From NCBI RefSeq assembly GCF_016432865.1, contig NC_067402.1:9796001-9860000 (forward strand): a DNA stretch of 64,000 bases. Reading direction: 5' to 3'. This DNA comes from Antechinus flavipes (Eukaryota). The translations under genes were made by a program, and so were the position numbers. The notes below the pieces were generated by a model, which saw only the letters and a program-made list of their open reading frames with translations, made no database searches and was not told where the DNA came from. Positions 26,199-37,700 of the stretch are shown piece after piece; the first letter of the stretch is position 1, and every line of letters begins with the position of its first letter.

Positions 26199-27849
26199 CT
26201 CCCAGTTTCTTAAAAGATTATGTGATATTAGATTATTTGCTATCTAGGGGAGGAGGTGAGAGGAGGAGGGGGGAAATTGGAACACAAGATTTTGCAAGGG
26301 TTAATGATGAAAAATTATTTGTTTTGAAACGACAAAGCTTTAATTAAAAAAATAAAAATATTAGGCCCCAATTCCATAGCCTTAGAAATGTAAAGCCTTC
26401 TGTAATCTGGCCCACAGTCCTTCAAGCACATTCATATTACTCTTATCTATGAACACTAGGCTACAGTCACATTACTCTGCAACTGTTCCTTGCCCTTATC
26501 CCCAACTATCCCACTACTGGGCATTTACATATATCCAATCCCAGAATACATTTCCTTCTTATTTCTACTTGATGAATTCTCTCTCTTTCCTTCAAAACTC
26601 ATCTCAAAAGGTGCCTTCTCCTTGGGATTTTATCTGTTGCCCCATGTTTAAGTGAGTTCTTTTTTTTTTTTTTCAAACAACTTCTGAGCATTTTCTCCCT
26701 CTAGTTCCTTTGAGCCTATGATAGTCTACCTGTTATCAAATTTGCTTGTGTCTAAATATCTTCTCTGGACAAGATTGTAAATTTCTGGAGGGCAGGGTTG
26801 TTTTCCTCATTTATATCCCTTCATCCTGGAATAATGCTTTGAATATAATAAAGAAGTGTAATAGATGTTTGTTGAATTGATTAGATTGCTCAATTATAAA
26901 GGGATAGTAGGAAAGCACACTCTACTTATCCCTTTTTGTTAGAATATTTATCTTCCTTTAGGCAGCCCTAAAATCTCTGTCTTCTATTCTATTTCTCTCT
27001 CTCTTTCTGAATCTGTCTCTGTTTCTCCATCTGTCTCTATTTCTGTGTCTCTGTCTTTGTCAGTCTCTCTCTCTCCCCTCAAATTGGGTTGCATTATTAA
27101 GTCTATGTTTCTGTCAGATGCTCCAATAAAATATTAGTTTCTGGAGGAAATAGGGTTCTCATTTTCCTCCTTTTCCCCCAATGGCCATAGAGCCTTGCAT
27201 AGAAGAGCTGTATGAGGAGAAGCACATATTAAATTGGATTGTATTCTTGATTCTGACTCAGATGGACTGTCCCATGTGAAGGCATGGGATGTCCCTGAAG
27301 ACCTGTATTCTTAGGGGGAACCCCTGGTTCTAGAAGCTGTGGCTTGCCTGATTGGATACTGGGGATTATGCTACTGATGTTGTCATGCTTATGCTCCAAG
27401 TAATGGATTCCAATGCAAATTAATAACATGGTTAACCCAGAAACTTAAGGCTGGACTCAAAAGTCTGAGAACCCTTTGGCAGGCATCTGAGTTTTATCCA
27501 ATTGGGGTTTTCCATTGGGCCATAAGCACCCAAGTTTCCTCTTCTGGGAATACCTGTCTTAATACTCTAGTCAATTTTTAGGAACTGAAAAGAAAAAAAA
27601 AACCTACAACAAAGAATCAAAAAGAGAAATCAATGTGGTTTTGTGAGTTTGATAATTATATTCTACTTGGCCAACAGATGAGACATTTTGTTCTTTCAGA
27701 GCACTCTAAAATACAGAAGAGACTGACGTCAAGATAGTATTGAGGAGAATCATCAGATATTAAACAGACATCTCTGGGAGGGGAAAGCAGAATTAGGGGG
27801 CCTTGTGGCTAAATTTCTCCTTCAGTGTTTACTAAGTTCTTCAACTCAG

Positions 27850-28010
27850 ACAAATCACTTTTTTTTTTTTTTCCTGAAGCAATTGGGGTTAAGTGCCCAG
27901 GGTCACACAGCCAGGAAGTGGTAAATGTCTGAAGCCAGATTTGAATTCAGATCCTCCTGAATTAAGGGTTGGTGGTCTATCCACTGCACCAACTAATTGC
28001 CCCACTAGCT
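27850..28010 (-). mobile_element. WSINE1-like short marsupial SINE
   Basis: PolyT, then gaagcaattggggttaagtgcccagggtcacacagccaggaagt...gatttgaattcagatcctcctga...ccactgcacca. Confidence 0.7.
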
Positions 28011-28374
28011 GTTCAGTTTCTTTATCTGTAAAATGGGAATGATAATGCTGAAAGTGCCTTCCTCCACAAGTATGACAATGTTAGGATCTTTTCATCCCTT
28101 AATGAGCTATAACAACTATGCCAGCTGCCATTTGTAATATTTCCAACACACATGAATGTTAAAATATAATTATTAGAGTGATGAGGACACCTAGGGGGTA
28201 CCATAGTGCACAATGGCTTGGCCTGGAGTCAAAATCATTTTCCTCAGTTCAAATCTGGCCTCAGACACTAGCTGAGTGACCCTGAGCAAGTCATTCCCAG
28301 ATAGAATTAAGAATTAGACACAACTGAAATGACTGAACGACAAACACAAATATGAGGATGATCAGTCACTTGCT

Positions 28375-28580
28375 GCTGCCATGAACCCCACTGCCTCCAA
28401 GATCATCTCCAGTCATCCTGATCTAGATCTGGTCATTGGACCCAGATGGCTCTGGAGGGGAAAGTGAGGCTGATGGCTTTGCACAGCCCTCCTTTGCTTA
28501 AATCCAATTCACTCGTATGTTATGACATCACTGCCCTGATGGCTTGGGTCTCCTCCAGAATAAAGGATACAAACCACAGC
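28375..28580 (+). mobile_element. RTE-related marsupial SINE (WALLSI/RTESINE-like) 3' part
   Basis: ccagtcatcctgatct...ggacccagatggctctggaggggaaagtgaggctg...gcacagccc...cttaaatccaattcact. Family assigned from memory. Confidence 0.6.
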
Positions 28581-30774
28581 GATGTGCCATTCACGGTGCC
28601 GGGTACAGGAAATGCAAATAAAGAGAACAGGGTCCCTGTTCAGAAGGAACTTAGTCAATTGAATGATTTGACTTGTTGACTTGAGATCCTAGCTAGTTTG
28701 CTGAGCACTTGGAAACAAAGCACAGTTCAGACACTCAAGGAGCTGATGTTTTAGTGAGGGAAGGGAGAAACTTTCCATCAACTTGTGATTAAAATGAACC
28801 CTGCAAGGCGTCACAGAGGGCACTAGGTATGTCCTTGGAACTTCTTGGTGGAGGAGTGAGAGATGGGTAGATTGTAGAGCTCATTTCTGGACTGTTAAGG
28901 ACCACGCCTAAATGTGGAAACCCAGAAAGCCTGTAAAGGGTTAAAGGGGACTGGACCATTAAGGGGCAGGTTGGTTCCCTGAAAGCTCCCCCAGCTGCAA
29001 ATCATAAAAGCCTTGAAGGAATTGCAAATCAGCCTTTTTTGAGGCAGTGTTGCTTGTGGATTGGGAATGAAATAAATTGGAGGCAAGAGGTAAGAGGAGG
29101 AGGGAGGTCAGAGAAGGCAACTGCCTCTCAGTCTCCTTGTATTATTATCATCTTCTCACATTCTGCTGGTCAGAATCAGAGCCCCAGCAGCCTCTAGTAA
29201 GTGGCTCCTGCAACACAGGACATTTAAATGGGGTCGATATTCCTACAATAGGTTTCCCAAAGAATCGACTCACTAAGAATCCCAATTTGATGTCACCGAT
29301 CTCGGGGTTTGTATCCTGGAGACATTTTCCTTCATTACCCAGTGAAGTCTTGCTTATGATTAAAAAATCACCATGAGAATCATCCTTCCCAGAAAAGCAG
29401 AATCTCTCCTAGGTATGGGATGAAAAGTTCCTCTGGGCTAAATGGATTCTGACATCTATCCATGAAGAGACTGGGTGGGACCCACAGTGGCCAATATGTA
29501 TCCTCTCTAATAATATTATTAAAAACTGTTACAAGGGGGATATGTTGCCTCCTCCAGACACTTGTCTGGACTGAAGGGGATGCTTGTGGTGAGGTGCCAA
29601 GAGCAATAGAGTGCTGACTGTCTCTCCTCTCCTTTCCTTTTTACTCAAGCCAAATGGTCTGCACAAACATTTTGGCAGGGGGCTGTGTGTAATTGACAGC
29701 GTGCGCTCTGAGAAGAATCGGGATATCTTGTCTTTGGTGGAACCACCGCAAATCCTGTAGTTAGACTTCACGTGTAGACACAAAGGGGGAAGAAGGGCTG
29801 AATTTTCATTAACGCAGCCCGGTCCGTGAATCACAATTGTCTAAGAGCTCTTGGAGCATACAGGGAAATAAACTTACCTTCTTTAGTATCCGCCATGTTT
29901 TCTGAGATTCAATAGATTCTCGAGTCCTAGTTTTAGCAAGACGAGGTGTCTCAGCATGTCATTTTTGGCATCCACTACTAGTAAGGAGTCTTTTCATTTC
30001 CATTCTATTCAGCTCCATCCAAAAAAGCACTTTAAAATTTTGTTTTTGTGGTTGTGTTTGTGTGTTTTAGGGACCAGGCCAGGTACTAGGAATACAATAC
30101 AATGGCAAACATGGAAAACAATAAATGAGTGCCTTCAAAAACAAATTTCAGGGTTTAGGGATGGGAGAATAGCACAAGCACTGATCAGTAATTTTAAAAA
30201 TCAACCGATAGAATTTATTAAATATCAACTATGTGCCAAGCCCAATGCAAGTTTCTGGGAATAGCCAAAGAACAGCTGAACCATTTGTATCCTAAAGGAA
30301 TTCAATTCTCATCCAAAAAAATAAAATTCACATGTATCTGGTAAATACTAAACAGAAGTGAGGCATTCTGGGAGAAAAAGCCTAGCCTCAGGTTTTGAGG
30401 CTCAGGAGAGGCTTTGGATAGACAATGGTATTGGATCTAAACCTTCAAGGAAACTAAGGTTTCTCGGAGAAAAGGGTGAGCAAAGTTGCATTCTAGTCAC
30501 AGAAAATAATGGAAGTTAATGCCAGGTTGAAAAAGGTTTAAAACATCAAATAGGGAAATTTATACTTTATTTTTGAAGTAGTAGGGAGCCACTGGAATTC
30601 AGTGAGTAAGAGAATAATATGATCAGATCTGTTGCCTAGGAAAATCACTTGGAAGCTGAGTTTTGGAGAGAAATATTGGATAAAAAGGCCAGTTATGAGA
30701 ATGGCTGGATTTGAACTTATGAAAATGAGTCTCTGGGCCTGGAACTCTATCCACTGCCATTTTTACATATATAA

Positions 30775-30912
30775 ATTGTGTGTGTGTGTGTGTGTATGGG
30801 GTATGTATGGGTGTGTGCTGTATGCACACGTGGTTAAATGTATATGTATGTGATATGTATTGTGTGTGTATGTATAAAGGCACATATTTGTGTATGTATG
30901 TATATATGTATA
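30775..30912. repeat. (TG)/(TATG) microsatellite
   Basis: Direct inspection. Confidence 0.85.
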
Positions 30913-31789
30913 TCATGTCAGCTTTTTCTGGGACATTGGTCTGGAGACTGTTGTCAAATTTTGGTTCCCCAAAAATAGAGACCAAGCCATCTGAGCAGCT
31001 CTACTCAAGCCTAGTTGCATGGTACAGTCTGGGGGTGGGGAGTGAACCTGAATTTGGAAGCAGAGGGGTCTGGGTTTGAATTCTGGCATTGTCACTTCCT
31101 GTGTGGACTTGGACCAGTCACTGCTCTGGGCCCTTGTTTCTGCCTCTATAAAGTGAAACGGTTAGACTGGTTGACCTCCAAGGCCCCTTCAAGCCATAAA
31201 TCTTTAATTCCATGATTTTTATGATGAAAATAATTCCTCATTTCAGTTCAGTTCAGAAACAGCCTATTTCTGTGGTCTCTACTCGAGCAAAATTCCCATG
31301 GATTTAAATTCCTTTGGGCTTTGAGGTTAGAAGATTAACTCCAAAGTGCCTGAATTCATTTTCTCATTAAAAAATATTAAATCTTTGGGGTCTTTCCTGA
31401 TTCTATTAGTTATGAGCATACTTTCCCCCCTCAAAATATGATGTAGATCCTAAGTGAATTCGATGCTCTCTCTCCCATAGAGTCAAGCTCTTTGAGGGCA
31501 AGAATGGTTTTATTTCGTGTTTGACCTCCTCTATGGTCCAGCACATAAATAGACACTTAACAAACGTGTGTTGGATTTGATTTCATAATATTGAGGTTTG
31601 ACCACTAATATCCTTTGAATCTCTCTCACTGATCCCACTGTCTTTTATTGGCTCCATGTCATCTCCATTCCCATCTGAAACTAGAATGTGAGTTCCCTGA
31701 GAGGAGCCTTTATATGTCCCTCACTCAGCAGAGTGCCTTGCACAGTTACTGTGATAATAATAATAATAATAGATTTACATAGTTCATTT

Positions 31790-32130
31790 TTTTAAATAAT
31801 AGCTTTTTTATTATCAAAATAGATACAAAGATACTTTTCAAAATTCACCCTTGAAAAACCTCATAGATCTTTAAGATTTGTCTATATTAACTCAGGCACT
31901 TAAAACATATATTTCCCAATTATTTTTACTTATTTCATTAAATATTTCTCAATTATATATAAACTTTTAAAACATGTTTACTTTTTTTAAATTTTCTATT
32001 CGCTCTCTTTCCCTCACTCTCTCTTCTCCCTCTTCAATGAGAAGGCAAATAATTTGATGTCAATTATTCTTATGTAATAATGCAAAACATATTTCCATAT
32101 CAGCCATGTTTCAACAAAACAAAATAAAAC

Positions 32131-32169
<39 letters not shown>

Positions 32170-32515
32170 TCCTAGTGGGGAGAAGGGACTCAAATAAACA
32201 AAAAAATCAATATTAAAAGAAAAGAAGCAAAATAAGAAAAGTATGTTTTTCTCTGCATTCTGAACCCACCACTTTTATCTCTGGATAAAATTTTCCATCA
32301 AAAGTTCTTTGGAATTGCCCTGGATCAATGTATTTTTGAGAAGAACTAAATTATTCAGAGTTGCTCATCATTCCATATGGTTGTTACTGTACACAGTGTT
32401 CTCTTGTTCTATTCACTTCACGTTGCGTCAGTTCATAAAAGTCTTCCCAAGTTTTTCTGAAATAATTCTATTTGCATTTTCTTATAGCACTTTAGTATTC
32501 TATTATAATAATGTT
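31790..32515 (-). mobile_element. LINE-1 3'UTR fragments with embedded (CA)n
   Basis: tttttaaataatagctttttta tail at ~31790, similar to 48225. gtgttctcttgttctattcacttcacg...cagttcataaaagtcttcccaag is homologous to other L1 ends in the window. Confidence 0.65.
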
Positions 32516-35500
32516 TTAGTTTGAATTTTAGTTTAAAATTTTAGTTAAAAAATTGAAAACCACTGTTTTATTATGACCATATAATTTTGTCTTCTCTGTC
32601 ATGTCTTTAAGTACTTCAGAAACTATTGATATGTTTTCCAAGAGGCAGTTATCAGAGTATCATTTATAGAATATGGGTGTAGGGGAGTGGTTACAAGGCT
32701 CCCCATTGCTTATTGGGTCATTAATTGAGTTGGAATCAGAAGAAGCCTCCAAGTCTTATTTCTAGCCTCTGTCAGTACCGATTACCTTCCAATGTGTCTC
32801 ACTCTTACTATGTATGGAAATAAACAGACAGTAGCAGAAGCCAAGTGCTGGACCCTGCATCTGTTTGGGAAGGGGGAGACAATACTTAATAAGAAACTTT
32901 GTATTTTTCCTATGTATATTCTACTCATTATTGGGTCACACAGAAAAATATATTTTCCCTATTTTGAGAGTAAGATAGGGTTGTGCATATAAGGATTTTG
33001 CTTTGGCTTTATATTTTGGGGCACACTAATTAATGTGGATGGAAAATAAGAGCCTATGTTTGGAAGAAGGAAGGGTTGCATATGCACCCTTAGGACTGAT
33101 TTATTCTCTCTGAAAGTGTTTAGGTCACTGAGTTTTTATTCTTTGTGAGAGAGGAGAACAGAGATCCTCACGGTATAGCTCAGTGTTTTCTTAGGTTTGG
33201 GCTCTGAGATATGATTAAAGCTAGTCAAGCTTAAAATGTTTAAAAAGTTCTTGGGAGAACCCGCTACTGTATTTGTTCCTGATGGGAATGATGATATCAT
33301 GGAAGCTTCCCTTGGGATCTTATACCACTTCTCATATGGGAAACCAGTTATCCAGGAGCCTCTTGGGAGAGGAGATTTATAAAAAAACACATTCTCCCCT
33401 TTAGACCTTTGGACAAACCCAGGAGCTCTTGTGATCCATCTGGGTGATGACTCGGATACGGCGCTGCTCAGGGGCGGCCAAGTGGGATAAAAGATTAGGC
33501 ATTATTCCCTGACTTGCCACATGCCAGTGGGAATGGGAAATCAGGGTTGTAATAATGCTTACTGATGATTCACCAGAAAAAAGTCCCTTATTCCCCTGGT
33601 CCTGTTTTGAAGTCCCCAAAGTCAGTGATAGCCAACATAGTAAACTGGTCATTGTGACCTACTGGATAGAATGCTGGCCTCAGAGTCAAGAAATAACAGC
33701 TAAGAGTGAAGATTTATATAGCACTTACCATGTGTAGACACTGCTCAGGGCTTATAATCATCATCCCTCTCATTTTATACTTGAGACAGACAAAAGTTCT
33801 GACTTGCCTCGAGTCACACAACAATCAGCCTCTAAGCTGGATTTGAGTTCAGATCTTCTCCAGGTCTACTGCTCTACTATTGATCATGCCGTCTAGCTGC
33901 CCCTACATTTGGATTCTCCCTTTTAGTTGTGGCATCCTGGACAAGCTACCCAATCTGAGCTTCCATTTTCTCCTTTGTGATAATAATGCTTCTAGTAAAA
34001 GTCTTCCTGGCTTGATCACAGACTCAAAAAAGACGAAATAAAAGAGTGTTTCGAACAACTTCAAAACAAGGTGAGACAGAGTGCGCCATAGTAAGTAGTG
34101 AGTGTCAGCTTCAGAGTCAGAAAAACTTGGTTTCAAATCCTGCCCTTAACACATCTCGGCTGAGCCACTTGGGGAAGTCATCTAAACTTGAGAGTTTCAG
34201 ATCCTCCCCTTTGACACGATTATGTGGGCACCCTACCATGATGGGCAGAAAGTGCTCAAGTCCCGCTCCTTTTTTAGGCTACTCGTGAAGTTTTCTGCTT
34301 TGTTCAGTTAGTATATAAAAGTGTGATCTGAACTTTGTCACTCAAGATTTTCCCACCGTGCTTGAGGATGCATCGCTAGCCCCTCACTGCATATCCTCCC
34401 CCGCAAGCTTGTATGCAGTGGGCACACACAAACAATAATTCTCTCTGGCTGTTAATGATATGAACATGGCAGTTATGTTGCTAATAAGCAATTGTGGACC
34501 TAATTGTTCAATTGGGGATTTATTATGTTTAAAAAAAATCAGGTAAAATTTCCCTTTCTTTTCCCCTCCTCTCCCCACCTTTACTTACTATTTTTTTTTA
34601 ATCTTTCAATTTAGTATCTTGTTTCAGACCTTTTTATATTTGTCTTATCTCTCAAATGAAACCATCCATTCCTGGAGAAAGTCCCTATGGAAAAGATAGA
34701 AAGTTGAAGTTGGGATTAGAAAGACTTGGGTTCAAGTCTCCCCTGAACAGATGTGTAAGCCACCCAATCACAAGTATCGCATTATCTGTAGCATCCCCTC
34801 CTGGGATTATTGGAGGAGCAAGTGGCGCTTTTGTATTTTCGCTATTTTGAGCAAGCAGCAGAACCCAAGCCATGGCAGGTATTTGCAGGAGCTTCCGTGT
34901 GCTTCTGTGAATCTCACACCCAAACACAAGAGGCCAAAGAGTATGAATCCCTCGACTGGATTTTCCTCAGCACGCTAGATCCATTTGTAAGGCTGCTTTT
35001 ATTGGGCTGAGCTGGGTACCTTCCCTTATTCGGTTCTCTCGTTCCTGAAAGGCGGATGTTGATATGAGTCATCCAGCTTCCTCATAAAAAACCTTGAAGG
35101 ATTATGCAGCTAAGCGCTCTGACCAGCTGTCCTCCTTCTTCACTAAGCATGCCTCAAGAAGAAAGGAGCTTAAAATGAAGCTTGAGGGATTCTATTCAAA
35201 ATGAAGAATTTCCTGGAGTTTGGGGTTATAAAAATGTGCAAGTTGGGAATCTCTTCCAGAGATTTGTCAATATGGAGCATCTGCCCATCTGTGTTAGACA
35301 CGGAATCTTCCTGAAGGGCAGGGGACTGGAAGTGATGTTCTCCTCAAGTTCCTTCTAGCTCTATGATGCCTTGATTCCTCACCTCAGTTTCCTCAACTGT
35401 AAAATGGGGATTTTTTTGGCACAGTTGTTGCAGAGAGTTACATGAGAAATCTATAAACTTTAAACAAAGTTGTCAACATGAAAGTGTTAGCTGTTATTAC

Positions 35501-35868
35501 CATTCTCATTATTAATAGTCTATGACCTGAACATTTTGAGAAGTGGATAATAGATTGAAAATGCTTGGAAAATGTTGAAACCTCCCTGCCCCAAACACAT
35601 AGACATACCCAATTCTTCAATGTTTATTTGTAGATGTTTATTCACTCCTAATTATTGACTTTATTCATCTGGGAATCACTGACCCCAGACCCACAGATCA
35701 AACATAGGAAGGAACTTCAGAATTCATTCAGCCTACTCCTTTATTGGCTCCCTTCAGGAAACTGAGGGTCTGAAAGAAGGAGTTAAGGGTTTCAGTGGTA
35801 AGACTGTATTTTCTGATGATGCAGATCCAAGCCTTCTGCCCTTTGGTACTTTCAATCCCTCTATAACC

Positions 35869-36076
35869 AGCTAGCTAGCTAACTTCTGGATATTATTTTA
35901 AGGCTTGTGTTTATATATTCTTTGGTGCTTTTTATATACATATATTATATATATATATATATAATATATATATTATTTGGTACTTTGTGTATTATATATA
36001 TTTATATCTCTATATATCTAGCTAGCTAGCTAAATTTTGGGTATTGTTTTAAGGCTTGTGTTTATATATTCTTTGG

Positions 36077-36119
<43 letters not shown>

Positions 36120-36260
36120 TATTATTTGGTATTTTGTGTATTATCTATATTTATTTCTATATATCTCTATATAGCTAGCTAGCTAAAGTTTGGGTATTGT
36201 TTTAAGGCTTGTGTTTTTTTACATATATATGTATATGTGTGTGTGTGTGTGTGTTTGTGT
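35869..36260. repeat. ~151-153-bp tandem repeat (2.4 copies) with internal (TA)n, followed by (TG)n
   Basis: agctagctagctaa...ttttaaggcttgtgttt starts at 35869, 36020 and 36173. Confidence 0.92.
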
Positions 36261-36414
36261 CTATGTATGATGTTATGTGACTTTCCCAATCACTCTGGAT
36301 AGAGAAACTATTATTATACCCATGTTACAGATGGGAAAATGAGCCTCAGAGTGATAAGGACCTGGTCAAGAATAGTTAGCATGTGAAGTAAGATTTGAAC
36401 TCAGGCCTTCTCAA

Positions 36415-36670
36415 CTACAGAGCAACTAGGTGATGCTGCAGTGGACAGAGCCCTAGTCCTGGAATCAGATTCATCTTTCTGATTCAAATCTGACTACAGA
36501 CACCAGCTGCGTGACTCTGGCAAGTCGCTTGATCCTGTTTGCCTCAGTTTCCTTATCTGTAATGTAAGTTAGAGAAGGAAATAGCAAACTCCCCTGGTAT
36601 CTTTCCCAAGATGCCACCGGTTACCAAAATACCAAGAGTCATAGAGAATCAGCCACGACTGAATGACAGC
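36415..36670 (+). mobile_element. Mar1-like CORE-SINE bordering the CpG-rich region
   Basis: gcagtggacagagccctagtcctggaatcag...gcctcagtttccttatctgtaatg...gaaggaaatagcaaac...atctttcccaag. Confidence 0.75.
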
Positions 36671-37700
36671 GTCCCAACTTCTCAAACCCGGTCTGGGGAT
36701 CCACACCCTAAGTGTTCTCTCTGCTTCCCAGAATGTTTCCCAGGCTCGGCAGGATCTGCCCTCCATCCCGCTGTCGGCGGAGCCCCGGGCCTGGGTCTCT
36801 AGACCAAGCTCGTTTGCCCCGGCCAGGTCAGCCTTGTGGCTAAATCCCTGATTCGGTGAAACGTAAATTCCGAAAGAATAATATTATCCTGGGGTAACTG
36901 TCAGAAGCTTGCGGAGAAAATCCCAGCTCCCTGCCCCCGTTTACAGAGCGCCAGAGGTCAGGCAGCCTTGGCTCTAACGGCATTTATTACTGGATTCACG
37001 GGGTCGGAGGTTTCGCTGATCTAAAAGTGAAGCCGCGTCCCTCCATTGTTTGTGCCAGCGGTCTGGAGCCTGGCGGGCCTGGAGCACAGTAGGTTTGGAA
37101 GAGACTCTCGTTGATTGATTGATGATTGATTGAGTGAGTTCAAGGTGTTGTTCTCAAGATATAAAAGGAGCCGGGGTCACGTCTTATCCTCTGAGGAGAA
37201 AGGTGTTTTCTTTGCTTCGGTTTGGACAGGCCGGCTTCCTGCCATCACGCGGGCGGGGAGGCCGACTGCGGCTGTCAGTGGGAAAACATCTGCTGCATGG
37301 ATTTATCGATGAGGTCTGGGTTTTCTTTTTCTTTTCTCCCCCTGCTTCACGCCATTTATAAGGACTGACCTAATGAACTTCATTTATTGACCTGTTTCTC
37401 TCCATGTGTTCCTCTCTCCCGCGCTGTTTTCTCGGGGACAGCCGTTCTTGGAGGCCCAGCCCGGGCACGCGCTCCCGACGTACCAAGCTCCGCTGGCAGC
37501 CGTGGGAGCAGAAGCCTTTGACCAGCACCTACTGATCTCCAGGACCCGCTCGTCCCCCGCGGTCCCCACGGTGCCTCGTCCAGCGATGGATCCGAGCCTC
37601 CAACGTGCCTCTGAGACTGGTACGTCTCCCAAGGACTTCTCTCTAGCAAGGCGGGCCAAGTGCCCCGCTTAAAGTGCCCCCGATGCCTCCGGGGCAGGCA
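36660..37700. promoter_or_regulatory. CpG-island-like region spanning and preceding the first exon (candidate internal promoter or enhancer)
   Basis: Hand count of about 58 CpG in 36661-37680 against a CpG-poor background. Contains TATAAAAG at 37160-67, GC box GGGCGGGG near 37251-58, TGTCA at 37273-77, CATCTG at 37287-92 and GATTTAT at 37300-06. Confidence 0.5.
37442..37619 (+). CDS. HDAC9: Class IIa HDAC (HDAC9-like) internal exon, 178 nt, phase 0 to 1; PFLEAQPGHALPTYQAPLAAVGAEAFDQHLLISRTRSSPAVPTVPRPAMDPSLQRASET(G)
   Basis: Acceptor ttttctcggggacAG at 37440-41 and donor G|GTACGT at 37620. The peptide aligns without gaps to recalled human HDAC9 PFLEPTHTRALSVRQAPLAAVGMDGLEKHRLVSRTHSSPAASVLPHPAMDRPLQPGSAT (QAPLAAVG, SRTxSSPA and PAMD shared). 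This region is not similar to the recalled HDAC4/5/7 sequences. Confidence 0.88.

Larger units (their letters stand above)
24560..26880 (+). mobile_element. LINE-2 relic interrupted by L1 insertions
   Basis: L2-like aaaccttcaatggctccca lies left of the L1 and aagccttctgtaatctggccc lies right of it. L2-type 3' end agatgtttgttgaattga at ~26865-82. A short + strand L1 tail sits at ~26212-26360. Confidence 0.6.

Noticed and set aside
7700-27135. Isolated CCAATAAAA (HOX13-type) and CCAAAAATAG (MEF2-like) motifs
   Set aside because: About the number expected by chance in 64 kb of AT-rich DNA.
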